Counted from the stretch's first letter, positions 29,346 to 41,858 are shown. The stretch: 64,000 nucleotides of DNA from Eledone cirrhosa (GCA_964016885.1 OZ024740.1:23312001-23376000), one strand, 5' to 3'. A program made the numbers and translations. The notes: generated by a model not told the origin, from the letters alone.

Positions 29346-29554
29346 GATATCATCAGCAGCAGCGTCAATAATAACAATAGTAATAACAATAATAATCATG
29401 CATCTACGTGGTGTGTAACATGATTTTTGTTGATGTCGTGTCGCTCTATTTCCGGTTCCGTTGTGGAACGTGACATGTGAACAGAAGCCAAGCTAAGGAA
29501 TCCCAATGCATCATGGTCTACATTTCTTATTTCACACCTTCATAGCTCTTACTC

Positions 29555-29570
29555 TTTCCTCTCTCTCGCT

Positions 29571-29615
<45 letters not shown>

Positions 29616-29867
29616 TCTCTCTCTCTCTCAGTCTCTCTCTCTCTCTCTCTCTCTTTCTTTCTCTCTCTCAGTCTCTCTCTCTCTCTCTTCCTTTCTGTAC
29701 CTCTCTCTCTCTCACACAAGTTCTTTTTCTTTATCTCCTACTCCCGCTCATACACCCTCTCTCCTTTCCCTTTGTTTGCCTGTCTCTCCCTCTCTCTTCT
29801 CTATCTCTGTCTCCCTCTCTCTCTCACTCTGTTTCTCTCTTTCTACCTCCCTACTCCTCTCTCTCTC

Positions 29868-29911
<44 letters not shown>

Positions 29912-30065
29912 TCTGTCTCTCTCGAAGCCTCTGTCTCACATCATTACTGTCCCCTACAGTTTCTCAAACTATCTCTCTCTTTCTCTCTCTCCCTCTCTCC
30001 CTCTCTCGAAGCCTCTGTCTCACACCATTACTGTCCTACAGTTTCTCAAACAATCCCTCTCTCAG
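29555..30065. repeat. (CT)n-rich tract with an internal ~55-bp duplication (CTCGAAGCCTCTGTCTCACA...GTTTCTCAAAC)
   Basis: Copies at ~29921 and ~30005. Confidence 0.9.
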
Positions 30066-31369
30066 ATACACACGTAATCTATCTCCGTCTCTCTCAGACC
30101 CTTTTTCTTTGCCTGTCTCACCTTTCTATAATTTTCTCTTCCCAAAAAAGTCAGTCCTTCACACATACAGACACGTCTGCCGTTCTCCAGCTCATATTTC
30201 TCTATTTCTTGTAATGTCGCCACGATTTTTCCCTGCGAGATTTTGCCGCCATTTTAATTTCATATAAAGCCAGTTATTTTTAATTCTATTTCAATAGCAT
30301 CACTCCTGTAATTATTTTGCCCGTTATTTTATATCACAAATAATCAATGTTAAAGATATTATCATTCATTTTTTATTTATGTTGTTTTGATATAATTATG
30401 TCATAATTTCATAAATGTTCTTTTCTTTAGGGAGGCTCAACATAACCCTTAACTTAATAAAAAATATATAATGTATCTCCCCAGTTAATATAAACATATA
30501 TTTATCTAATGAAACTCAACAAACTATCAACACAGTCAACACAAACATAATATGTTCACCCAATCAGCATCAATATATAGCCTCTGTCTACTATAAAAAT
30601 ACTGAGTCTACGCAGATTCATGTCATTACTACATTTACCGTATCACAGTAAACAACATAGATTATAGTTTTACTCAGGCAAGAGACATATAAGTTGTCTC
30701 TCTCTTCTTCTCTCTAGATTGACCTGTTCAAACCAGTGCATCATTAATAGACATCCCTAGATTCACAGCCAGCATCTATCTAATTAACAAATAGGGTGAC
30801 CAAACAATAGAAATCTACCAAATTATATTGAAAAGGGTAAAGGTTATGGTATTATCAAAAACCTCTACAGCGGACATTGTAATAAAGCCGCGGTTTGTGA
30901 CGGCACACACTTGTCTCTAAGTTTTAGCTGAAATGTCGGAGGTTATCACACTTAACTATAGTGCTTGTAAGCCGTATTTGTGTACGATATCTCGTTAAAG
31001 GGCATTACTCTTCTAAATATCTTCTTTTAAATCATTTCAGTTTTCAAAAGGAACTAACTCTGAACACTGTAGTCATCTGCACGGAACCGTTAGATGATCT
31101 TATTAAAGGTTTTCTCTCTCTTTCGATGTTAAAAGCCAAAGATTCTCAACACAACGAGATAAATTCTTCAAGTTAGAGAACGCTGATATATGTCTAGGTG
31201 GAAGGTTAGTTGAGGTCGGAGAAGAAGATAGCGAAAGAGATATAGATAAGGAGATTGGTGATGGAAGAAGGAATGGCGGAAGAAAAGAAGAATATGAATT
31301 AGAAGACTTAAGAAACGGTTGTAATGGAAGCTGCAACACTCGTATTATTGTTAGTATTATTGTTAGTAC

Positions 31370-31560
31370 GGCGGTGGATTGGCAGTATGGGTAGAGGGTC
31401 GGACGCCATGCTTTGACGCAGAGTTACGGCCTTTGCCATTCTGAGTTCAAATCCCGCAGAGGTTAACTTTACCTTTCATCCTTACGGGGGTCGATAAAAT
31501 AAAGTACCAGTAATGTACTGGGTAATTGCTGGCTTTGTGCCAAAAGTAGAAACACTTATT
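31370..31560 (+). mobile_element. Full-length tRNA-derived SINE
   Basis: GGCGGTGGATTGGCAGTATGGGTAGAGGGTCGGACGCCATGCTTTG...GAGTTCAAATCCC...GTCGATAAAATAAAGTACCAG. TTATTGTTAGTA on both flanks. Confidence 0.9.
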
Positions 31561-31734
31561 GTTAGTATTAGTAACAATAGTAGAGATGGTAATAGTCAGA
31601 GATGTCATGTTAGTAGTATTAATGCTTGTGTAAGTGAGGTTAGTGATATTCGAGTTTGGGTTGTGGAAGTAGCAGTGGTACGATTAGTATTACTATTATA
31701 AGCAGTGATAGAATTATTAAAGTTAGTATTAAAA

Positions 31735-31763
31735 TCAGCAGCAATAGCAGCAGCAGCAACAAT

Positions 31764-31803
<40 letters not shown>

Positions 31804-31978
31804 ATAGTAGAAGCACTAACAATAGCAGCAGCAGCAACAGCAGCAGCAACAATAGTAGACGCAGTAACAATAGCAGCAGCAGCAACAGCAGCAACAGCAG
31901 CAACAATAGCAGCAGCAGCAGCAGGAGCCGCAACAGTAGTAGCAACAGTAGCAGCAGTAGCAACAGTTGCAGTAGTGC
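31735..31978. repeat. (CAG/CAA/TAG)n trinucleotide mosaic
   Basis: Direct reading. Confidence 0.92.
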
Positions 31979-32439
31979 AAAAGTAACGAGAAAATAATTA
32001 TTGTACTACTGTAATTGTCTGTTACTACCCAGAGTTCCTCAATACATACATACATACGTACATACATATGTACATACATATATACACACATACATACATA
32101 TATACATACATATATACACACATATATACATACATATATACATATATACATACATGTATACATGTATACATATATACATACCGATGCGCTGAACGAGTGT
32201 GATTTTATATTCCGGCCAGCGACTTGAAAACTCTGGTACAAACACTACACTTGTGACAATTATTGACACATAGTGCTGGGCCCATGGTACCATGTGACGA
32301 CAAGTGCAAAGAGATCTCCAGATATAAAGCAATGCCTGTGCCGTGAAGCTTTTATAGTGAGCAAAGGCACTGCACAAAGCCAGTCCCCCTCTCTTAACCA
32401 AGATGATATTTACTAAAAAAGAGAACGAGCTAACATTAT

Positions 32440-32730
32440 ACTTGATACCATCAGGGTTGCAGGTGTTATATCAGAGTTTTCCTTCTCCTAGAATTCCGCC
32501 TTGACAAAGGCTAAGGGGTCACCTCTCCCGGTGATTTTGGATGGCCATTGACTCTTAAGAGCTCCTTTGCCCTTTGACTGGTTTTGTTTTTAGTCCTGCA
32601 GGATGTCCAAAGTCACCCTCCTCACCAAGAAACCTTGGTGGGGTTGCCAGTTTAGTCGCCAACGACCCGACCATGAGTCAGGTTGTACTGGGATACATGA
32701 TACCAGTAGCACCAACTGGGGACCTGACCT
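32440..32730 (-). mobile_element. Possible degenerate 5' region of an RTE-type LINE
   Basis: GAGTTTTCCTTCTCCTAG and TTTAGTCGCC resemble motifs I recall from invertebrate RTE 5' UTRs. Not verified. Confidence 0.3.
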
Positions 32731-32850
32731 ACATCTATACATATATACATATATACATATATACATATATACATATATACATACATACATATATACATAC
32801 ATACATACATATATACAATCATACTTACATACATTTACATGCATACACAC

Positions 32851-32887
<37 letters not shown>

Positions 32888-32980
32888 CATGCATTGAACC
32901 ACAAAGTTACTAAGACAAAACCTATATATTTGCTGGCATAGGTATGCATCTGTATATATATGTTAGTAGATATACTAATT

Positions 32981-33277
<297 letters not shown>

Positions 33278-33408
33278 GACTAATATATATATCTATATAT
33301 ATATATATACATAATATACATAACGTGTATATATATATATATATATATATATACGTAGGAAAGTAAGAAATTGGAGAATAGTCCGTTAAAACATGTTTAT
33401 TTAAAACA

Positions 33409-33448
33409 GCACCTACGTACGTTTCGCCCTGTTGGGCTTCTCAAGGGC
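33409..33448 (-). ncRNA. Type I hammerhead ribozyme with U3-A8 core
   Basis: Minus strand GCCC TTGAGAA GCCC AACA GGGC GAA ACGTACGT A GGTGC: perfect 4-bp stem II, self-complementary stem III, GUA triplet, short imperfect stem I. Confidence 0.75.
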
Positions 33449-34675
33449 ATAAATAACCAAAAGTGTTCCTTACATTGCTTGGAAAGAGTTTGGGGGATTA
33501 AATTCACGTCAATGAATTGTAAAATTTGTTATTTCTTGTCCAATTCTTTAAAGTTTTATCTTAGTTTCTTGTCCTATTCTTTTAAAGTTTTATTTTAGTT
33601 TCTTATCCTGTATTTTTAAAGGTTTATATTCCAACAATATTACTTTTTTTTGCTGTACGCATTTTTCTATCTGGTCTTCTATTTTTTAAGGCAATGCAAG
33701 CAACAACTATCTAATAATTAAATGATCATAGTGAATTACTGACAAGTGATTGACATTTTAAAGTTCTTCTGAGTATAATTGCAATCTAGTTGAGGCAACT
33801 GGCTTAATGACAAAGCTAGTAAATCATGAATGCATTTGAGATGATTAGTGCATAATAGTGAATTGGTGAAACTTGTGCATTTCAATGGTGTTACGGATAA
33901 CAACTGATACTGCTGTCTACGACCTTTATATAGGATTGTCATGTTTCTCTGTATCTGCAATGTGGGTATACAAAATAAGAATTATGATATTAACTTTTAT
34001 TTAAAATCCCAAAAAATGCTGTGCATGAAAAGTTCAAAAAGTAATTCTATTTCTATTGATGACCTCTTAGTTGCTCATACTAATTTTGTAAAAGATTTCA
34101 AGCCAATAATCAGAATGATCTGGTATAATTTTTATGCAGATAAATGACTAATTAGTATAAAGGGTCATCCAGATATCATGTGGACACCGCGAACCAAAAA
34201 TGGTCACATGATATCTGGATGGCTCCTAAGCATCCCCTCCACATGGCGGTGACATGGGTCATCATCGTGGAACACTCACCTATTTTTAAAATATTAGACT
34301 ATGATAAATGAATTTAGTTAAAAATACAATTTGAAATATATTAAATAATAGAGAGAGACACGTAATTACCTCCCCTTGTAATTACCTCGTAATTACCTCC
34401 CCTAGCGTCACGCTTACTACTCACTCACTTGAACACAAGATTTATCAGCAAACTTTGATTATAAACTTTTTCCCGCTGGACCAAATTTCTAGATTTTTCA
34501 GCCAAAAGATGCGTAATGATCTACTGTTCATGCTCATATAAGTTTTATCTCAGTTAAATAAAGTAGAGCCGCGCTGTACTGTCGTAAACAGACGATTGCC
34601 AACGAAAACACGACCACAACAATATTACTAAACGGACTACCGTTCGTTTAGGATATACAGTATAGTCAGTTTAAT

Positions 34676-34724
34676 GTTTAAGCAAAGAATCGGTGCTTTC
34701 ATCCTTAACGGAATCTTCTGAAAC
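34676..34724 (-). ncRNA. Degenerate hammerhead (U4A)
   Basis: Minus strand GTTT CAGAAGA T TCC GTTAA GGA T GAA AGC...GCT T AAAC. All three stems pair, one core substitution. Confidence 0.5.
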
Positions 34725-34807
34725 TAAAAAATCACTCTGTTACTGATCTCATCAGCCTTATCCTTATCGAGCCCTCTTTAGATTTTAGTCTTCAAATTTA
34801 TTATTAT

Positions 34808-34845
<38 letters not shown>

Positions 34846-35074
34846 TTATATATTATAAGTATGTCTGTATACGTACATACATATATGTATACAGACGTAC
34901 AGTAGTATGTATATATATACATACATGCACACATATATATATATGCACGTATCGGTTTACCGAACATTTATTATAATGCTTGGTTTGTTTGTTTGTAAAC
35001 AAACAAACAGCCCGGATTACGCCGTAGAGTGTTTAGGCAACCACGTCACCTTTTTGTTCAACACTGACACAGGA

Positions 35075-35117
35075 ACGATGTGCTAGTTTCAAGCTTATTA
35101 GCTATCGTCAGCATCGT
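35075..35117 (-). ncRNA. Hammerhead copy with the cleavage triplet mutated (GUA to GCA)
   Basis: Mirror of 35273-35315, reading GAAACTAGCAC instead of GAAACTAGTAC. Confidence 0.75.
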
Positions 35118-35272
35118 ATACCTTCCTGCCAGATGGTTGAACGTCTGAAAGTATATACTTTCCTTATCCAGCCGACTGAACTCACTCGATATGCAATTTA
35201 GGCTTCTCAGCCGTTAATATGCATAAGGAAAGTATATACTTTCAGACGTTCAACCATCTGGCAGGAAGGTAT

Positions 35273-35315
35273 ACGATGCTGACGATAGCTAATAAGCTTG
35301 AAACTAGTACATCGT
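35273..35315 (+). ncRNA. Minimal type I hammerhead ribozyme
   Basis: ACGATG CTGACGA T AGCT AATA AGCT T GAA ACTAGT A CATCGT: 6-bp stem I, intact core, palindromic ACTAGT stem III (dimeric type), GUA triplet. Confidence 0.88.
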
Positions 35316-36992
35316 TCCTGTGTCAGTGTTGAACAAAAAGGTGACGTGGTTGCCTAAACACTCTACGGCGTAATTCGGGCTGTTTGTTTGTTTACAAACA
35401 AACCGAGCATTATAATAAATGTTCGGTAAACCGATACGTGCATATATATATATGTGTGCATGTATGTATATATATACATACTACTGTACGTCTGTATACA
35501 TATATGTATGTACGTATACATACATACATACTTACATTTAAGTAAGTGCCGTACTAAGAGTGAGAAATGAAATTTCTTTTCATTCTATTCCAATTTATAT
35601 ATTTATTTATATATATATATATAAATTATATATATATATATATTATATTTATTTATTATATACTTAATTATATATATTTGCGTCTGTGTGTGACTATTTT
35701 AGTGTGTATGTATGTGCGTATATCTCTTTGTGTGTAGTTATCAGTTTGTTGTTTAAAGACTCATACATGAGATATAATAGAGGAGGGGGTAGGTGGTTGT
35801 AGCAGCGGTATGTTTTAAGAGGATAATTAGACATTTTGGTAATTCTCCTATCTTTCTTCACACTTCCACACCTCCTATTATACTGCTTCTCCTTGCAATA
35901 ATCTATCCTCTTACCACATCTAATATCACTTCTTGACATTTTCATTCCTCCTACAATCTCTCCTTCTAACCTGAAAGTCACTAGTTTTATGCTCCTTCAT
36001 GTCTCATCTTATTGCCTCTGTTCTCTGTATTAATACCCCCCTCTCTCTCTTTCTTTCTCATACACCTTCAACTCTCACTACCACTTTAGTATATCTCCAT
36101 CCTATTTTCCTCTAAGAAACCCCTCCCGCTATAAACTCTACTGTATCTCTTCTTAGTAACCTTCTCTTAACAACTCTCACCATAACTCACACTACCAGCT
36201 TTCATCACAATCTTCATTCGAGCTAAAATATAAATAGAAAAGGCGTGTCATTTTGTCTGTCGTGGAATGAAAAGGGAAATTCAAATTTAGGGCTGATATC
36301 TCGTATGTGATCTATATATAGAGAGCTATATGTATAGACAGTTATATACGCACATATGCAATTTTAGAGAAGCAAAACAAGACGTATATAGTTACATTGA
36401 CATGAAACAGCTATATATGTATTGCTTCACATATTGCTATATGAATGACATATATCTATATAGATTTTCTTCACTCACCTGTATTCTAGCTCCACGTGGA
36501 TCAAGATATAGCCAGGCCTGAGTTTTCTATAGGCGAAGTATTGATGTGGTTTCTGTATAAATTGCTATGGTGCTAAGCGTATTACTTTGGGTGGTTTATG
36601 GTTTAATATGCATTGTTATACGTGAGATTGGGTGCCTAGGAATGTCTGACAGACTCCAAGATGGATTTAAAACTGTTAATATTGTTAATTTAAAGGTGAG
36701 GATGGATAACTGTGTCTGAGGGGAGATGGCAAGACATTATTCCAATGCCATCTACGTATACCAAAGCATGTATGATATGAGGAAGTGTGGGTAAATGGTA
36801 TAGGTACATATCAACATGAATGGCTGACGTGTTAAATCTTTGTGCAACACAATTCCATATAGTGCAGACTTTAATTGTGGTAATACTTGAATACTATCAT
36901 ACAATATCTTGTCATCTGAAGACATAATTTGTTAGCCAGTATTTTCTAGTGTCAACCTCTTCAATAAAAAAAAGGAAAATACATTTATTGGT

Positions 36993-37500
36993 AAACTATA
37001 AATATGGTCAAGAATCTTGGGTAATTACCGAAAAAATAAGATCGCGAATACAAACCGCCGAAATGGGATTCCACCGAAGGATCTTTGGAGTAACCTACAT
37101 CGAGCGAGTGTGTACCATGGAGATCACTCCAGGTAGAGCAACTACTTCACCAAATTGAGAGACCACAGCTCCGATACTATGGACATGTAGTTAGAATGTT
37201 TCAGGAAAGAATTGCTGGACAGATGTCACGTGCAAAACCAACCGGCAGGAAACCCAGGCCTGGACTTTGTGCAGCATGGTTGAATAACATCAATGAGCTA
37301 GGCAGGTCATGCTTGGGAATGCAGCCGGATCAGTTGGATGTGGTTGTTTCTGACAGGACCCATGGGAAAGAGTGTTTGAAGTCTCTGCCCCCACGACCCT
37401 CTCAAGAAGAAGAAGAAGAAGAAGAAGAAGAAGAAGAAGAAGAAGAAGAAGAAGAAGAAGAAGAAGAAGAAGAAGAAGAAGAAGAAGGAGAAGAAGAAGA
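36993..37500 (+). mobile_element. 3' fragment of an RTE-clade LINE (Rex3/Expander-like C-terminus) with (GAA)n tail, frameshifted
   Basis: ORF pieces YGQESWVITEKIRSRIQTAEMGFHRRIFG and RIAGQMSRAKPTGRKPR...LKSLPPRP, joined by an in-frame QLRYYGHVVRM, match the RTE post-RT region. (GAA)n at ~37406-37500. Confidence 0.85.
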
Positions 37501-38016
37501 TAATATTGCAGTGGATTTATGTAAAAATGTGGAATGAGAATATGCGGTGAGATGATAATCGTGAAAGAGGGTTCGTAAGAGTAAATAGAGTGCAGAAAGA
37601 AGAAAAAAAAGACCCCACCACCAAAAGAAAAAAAAGAAACGTTACATAAAGATGAAACTTATGATAATAAATATGAAATAAAAATAGAAATGAAGATTAA
37701 ACATTAACTAAAAAGAAAATAACAAATGTGGTAATCTTAAATCTACTGTTGCATTGTTATGACTGAAGGAACGACAGGAGGGATAAGCGAAATAAATCTT
37801 TATATTTTAAAAGATTGACGGAATAATTATTTCACAGAGTGGATTAAATCATAATAGCTGAGGGTGGACTAATCATTGGTGATGGTCACCATCGCAACAT
37901 TCATGGATTCTTAAAAATTCTAAAAGTAAAAGTATATATGTCCATACTCATACATACATACACACATACATACATATACAAACACACACACACACACACA
38001 CACAAACACACACACG

Positions 38017-38097
<81 letters not shown>

Positions 38098-38102
38098 AAA
38101 TG

Positions 38103-38143
<41 letters not shown>

Positions 38144-38175
38144 ATAGCCGTCGAAACGGCTTGAGTTCTGCCGTC
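38144..38175 (+). mobile_element. Hammerhead 3' half, ending at GTC
   Basis: ATAGCCGTC GAAACGGC TTGAGTTCT GCCGT C, same family as 42149-42243. Confidence 0.7.
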
Positions 38176-38176
38176 C

Positions 38177-38219
<43 letters not shown>

Positions 38220-38461
38220 GTACATGATACTATATATGTTCATTTTGACAAAATAAACATGATTTATGTCTCTACTGCGCCTACTATTATTCTATATATT
38301 TCTCTCGTTATTTCTGTCTTGGCTGCCGACCTGTACCTCAATGTCTCGCAAATCTAATCTTTCTCTTCTCTCTCTCCCACGCCCTACACCATCATATATA
38401 TATATCGAAGTCTATCTATTTAAATCTACGTACAAATACATAAATATATATGTAGACATAT

Positions 38462-38518
38462 ATAGGAAAAAGTATGACCCCGACGGCAGAGCTCAAGCCG
38501 TATCGACGGCTATTTCTG

Positions 38519-38521
<3 letters not shown>
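38462..38521 (-). mobile_element. Truncated terminus of the same hammerhead family
   Basis: ATAGGAAAAAGTATGACCCCGACGGCAGAGCTCAAGCCG...GGCTATTTCTGGAC, near-identical to 49181-49240. Confidence 0.8.
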
Positions 38522-38562
<41 letters not shown>

Positions 38563-38567
38563 GTGTA

Positions 38568-38617
<50 letters not shown>

Positions 38618-38669
38618 ATATATATATACATACGTATCTACACCATATACAGCCACATACACCATATAA

Positions 38670-38842
38670 GGTTTTTTTTATTAATGAAAAAAAAAAACGA
38701 GATGTCCTACACGAGTGAGAGTATAAGGAAAAAAGAGGAAATCGAAATTGCAACTGGAGTCTTTTTAAGAATATCTATTGTTTCCTTTACCGGTTTCACA
38801 GTTCTTGTGCCTAGAATTGAGATGGAGGGTTTGTGGTTTACT
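38670..38842 (-). mobile_element. Degenerate copy of the 41825-42035 family (hammerhead core deleted)
   Basis: CCTACACGAGTGA...TTCCTTTACCGGTTTC...GAGATGGAGGG shared with 54604-54812. Confidence 0.75.
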
Positions 38843-39342
38843 GGGGTAGAAGGTTCACTACGTCCACAGAAAACTGGTGAGAGGACCACAGTCAGTAATC
38901 GATGCAGAGCAGAGTGTATATAATAAGAACAAAGTGGGGGGTGTTAGATAAGGGATGTATTGCTCAATCCTGATTTTGCTTTGATAACACTGGTCTGTGG
39001 ATCAGGCAGACCACGAGCCAGCTGTTTGTGAAACATTTGTAACAAGGATTGAGTAATACATCTGTTATGTACCACCTCCATATTGTTCGTATCACACACA
39101 CACACATATATACATGTGTGTGTGTGTGTACACATAAACACTAACGCGTGCGCATATATATAAATATATAAATTCATATATATATATTGTTACACTTTGG
39201 GAGGGTCATGCTGCCAATAAGAAACACACGCACCAGTTGCTTTCACTTCAATTTAATTTATTAAATATTTATAAATTTACAAATTTATAAATTTCTGGTT
39301 GGTTGGTTGGTTCCACAACCAGATAGTTGTTTATATATATAT

Positions 39343-39387
39343 AGTCATAGTTCTTTCGTCACACACTCTGTGACCTCTTCAGTGACT
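39343..39387 (-). ncRNA. Hammerhead ribozyme (mirror copy)
   Basis: Exact reverse complement of 39517-39561. Confidence 0.8.
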
Positions 39388-39516
39388 GGGGATTTCTTTC
39401 TTCGTTTCTGTGCCTTTCCTTTCTTCTATCCTACGCCATTTTGTTTGTGTGTCACACAAACAAAATGGCGTAGGATAGAAGAAAGGAAAGGCACAGAAAC
39501 GAAGAAAGAAATCCCC

Positions 39517-39561
39517 AGTCACTGAAGAGGTCACAGAGTGTGTGACGAAAGAACTATGACT
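39517..39561 (+). ncRNA. Minimal type I hammerhead ribozyme
   Basis: AGTCA CTGAAGA G GTCACA GAGTG TGTGAC GAA AG AA CT A TGACT: 5-bp stem I, 6-bp stem II, 2-bp stem III, CUA triplet. Confidence 0.82.
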
Positions 39562-39775
39562 ATATATATATAAACAACTATCTGGTTGTGGAACCAACCA
39601 ACCAACCAGAAATTTATAAATTTGTAAATTTATAAATATTTAATAAATTAAATTGAAGTGAAAGCAACTGGTGCGTGTGTTTCTTATTGGCAGCATGACC
39701 CTCCCAAAGTGTAACAATATCGGTTTCAACACACGATTTCAGATAAAGAATCTTGCTAAACAAATTCAGAAACGA

Positions 39776-39810
<35 letters not shown>

Positions 39811-39890
39811 GAAAAATTTGAACAGGAACAAAACAGAGAGGCAGTACACGAATGTTTATATATATATATATATATAATATATATATATTG

Positions 39891-40019
<129 letters not shown>

Positions 40020-40035
40020 GTGTGTGTGTATATAT

Positions 40036-40312
40036 ATATTGTTATACTTGGGAAGGGTCATATTGTTACAATATTGCCAGAATTAATAACAGAACACACT
40101 CACTGTTGGTTGGTTTTCGCTTCCGTATCTTTTATATCTCCAAAGTTAATTTATTTGGCAATCAATGTTTATCATTGATTGACCAGCGGTTAAAAATACA
40201 GATAGAAATATATATATATGGTCTATCAAATTCTTTCGTCACACATCTGCGACATCATTAGTGGTACTTTTATATTTCTTCCTATTGTAATGTAAAGCCT
40301 ACGCCATTTTAT
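40036..40312 (-). mobile_element. PLE-like terminus with a mutated hammerhead (CTAATGA core) at ~40224-40267
   Basis: Minus strand TACCA CTAATGA T GTCGCA GATG TGTGAC GAAAG AA TT TGATA. The rest matches 25840-26030 and 55866-56035. Confidence 0.7.
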
Positions 40313-40460
40313 TTAATTAGGAAATTAATAAAGATGGCTCTTCCGAGCTGGTATCAGCCCTGTACAACAAGGAAAGCATCATTACAGGTCTATGTCTCTG
40401 TTTCTCAGCATGTATATACATGTGCATGCATACGTATATATATATATTTCTCTATTTCTC

Positions 40461-40491
<31 letters not shown>

Positions 40492-40523
40492 ATATATATT
40501 ATATATATATATATATATATACG

Positions 40524-40555
<32 letters not shown>

Positions 40556-40599
40556 CACTATATATACACATATATATATATATTTTTATAACTATATAC

Positions 40600-40630
<31 letters not shown>

Positions 40631-40747
40631 CATATATTTTCCTATATATATATATATATATACATATATTTTTCCTATATATATATATATATATATATAT
40701 TCTGAATCTTTATATATATATATATATACATATATATATAAAGATTC

Positions 40748-40920
40748 AGGACCCCGACGGCTGAGCTCTTGCCGTTTCTACTGCTACATTGGATCTAGCT
40801 GTCGAAACGGCGGAATCTCAGCCGTCGGGGTCCTAATTTTTTCATATTACCCAGTCGACTACTAGTATGGAGTACTCTGCTGCGTTATCATCCACTTGGT
40901 ATCTTAGCATACCCTCTCTC
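40748..40920 (+). mobile_element. Older fold-back (40748-40834) plus tail of the GIY-YIG-associated family, mirrored at ~42878-43050
   Basis: AGGACCCCGACGGCTGAG...CTCAGCCGTCGGGGTCCT followed by a diverged tail. Confidence 0.75.
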
Positions 40921-41146
40921 TCATATATATATAGGAAAATGTTTAACCCCGTCTGCAGAGCTCAAGCCGTTTCGACGGCCTATTTCTTGACTAAATTAGA
41001 ATTTTTCGCGTGGTAATAAATAGCCGAACTTTTCAAGGGGTAATTCCTTATATGGGAAGATTGTAGTTCTCCAAAGGATTGCTCAAACTTTCTTGTAAAC
41101 ACAATTAAATCTTTCATGGTGGTGGGTGGGTGGGGTGGTGGTTGTT

Positions 41147-41419
41147 TACATGCAGTTACAAGTTCGTCTTTTTTTGTTTAGAGGTTGATCCTTCGTAAAC
41201 AGCATTTGTATTGTTTCCTCCGAACATAAGATACACGGACGGCGTCCCTCCGTGTAGAGTTAGCCCTGGACAGTAGGCTCCAACAAAGATTGTATGTTAT
41301 GTTATTGTCTTGCAGGTTCCAGATGTGGCCCGAAATGCGTTAGTGGCATGTCGCCGGGCCGGGTTCCGGAACGTATGTCGGTGTTGGTAGAGCCGGGTCT
41401 TAAAGTCACAAGCGGTTAA
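41147..41419 (-). pseudogene. Inverted copy of the PLE GIY-YIG endonuclease C-terminal fragment
   Basis: Reverse complement of 42381-42653 with few differences. Followed on the same strand by a degenerate hammerhead at 40946-41041. Confidence 0.8.
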
Positions 41420-41494
41420 ATAAAAAAATTTTACTCTGCCATGTATTGAGTACCTTACTTACTGTGGTTATCCCCGACTCAACCAGGGACCTAC

Positions 41495-41538
<44 letters not shown>

Positions 41539-41713
41539 GTAGGTCCCTGGTTGAGTCGGGGATAACCACAGTAAGTAAGGTACTCGAATACATGGCAGAG
41601 TAAAATTTTTTTATTTTATAGAAGGAGCTTCTACAGGACTAGTACTGTTTCATACAGTACTAGTACTGTTTCATTCAGTACTAGTCCTGTTGAAGCTCCT
41701 TCTACAAAATAAA

Positions 41714-41718
<5 letters not shown>
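41419..41718. mobile_element. Two overlapping palindromes of the 33085/47824 family: 41419-41615 centred on (TA)n, and 41605-41718 centred on a reiterated stem III
   Basis: ...CCAGGGACCTACG (TA)n CGTAGGTCCCTGG... and AGAAGGAGCTTCTACAGGACTAGTACTG...CAGTACTAGTCCTGTTGAAGCTCCTTCT. Confidence 0.88.
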
Positions 41719-41768
<50 letters not shown>

Positions 41769-41858
41769 ATAATATATATAAAATATATATATATATAAAA
41801 TATATATATATATATAAATATATTGTGAGAAAAACCACAGACCCTCCATCTCAACTCA

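Larger units (their letters stand above)
34866..35520. repeat. Long inverted repeat, ~300-bp arms (34866-35167 / 35223-35520), 55-nt spacer, one hammerhead per arm
   Basis: Arms are reverse complements apart from a few substitutions and one TTTG unit. Confidence 0.95.
39184..39778. mobile_element. Perfect palindrome, 268-bp arms with a 1-nt centre at 39452 (39184-39720), plus 58-nt tail
   Basis: Mirror ORFs 39307-39525(+) and 39379-39597(-) differ only at the centre codon. (TA)n on both flanks. Confidence 0.95.

Noticed and set aside
30170-30256. AAAATGGCGGC on the minus strand as a gene start or YY1-like site
   Set aside because: The frame stops after ~16 codons with no clear splice donor, and AAAATGGCG also occurs inside repeats here.
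31370-31455. tRNA genes at SINE heads
   Set aside because: A/B boxes are present but spacing is long, no cloverleaf is evident, and each continues into the SINE core.
31640-31997. Poly-Ala/Ser/Leu ORFs
   Set aside because: Trinucleotide microsatellite grown from a SINE 3' flank, with no unique coding context.
34168-34219. Hairpin TCCAGATATCATGTG...CACATGATATCTGGA
   Set aside because: Real 15-bp inverted repeat but no ribozyme core or second copy seen, so no function can be assigned.
35694-36950. Possible decayed LINE coding sequence on the minus strand
   Set aside because: Composition is suggestive but I could not recover a diagnostic motif by eye.
37196-37537. Poly-Glu acidic protein
   Set aside because: It is the RTE C-terminus reading into its (GAA)n tail.
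39184-39720. Palindromes as MITEs or miRNA genes
   Set aside because: The asymmetric tails, variable hinge and hammerhead content fit PLE termini better. No terminal-inverted-repeat and TSD signature can be separated from the (TA)n flanks.
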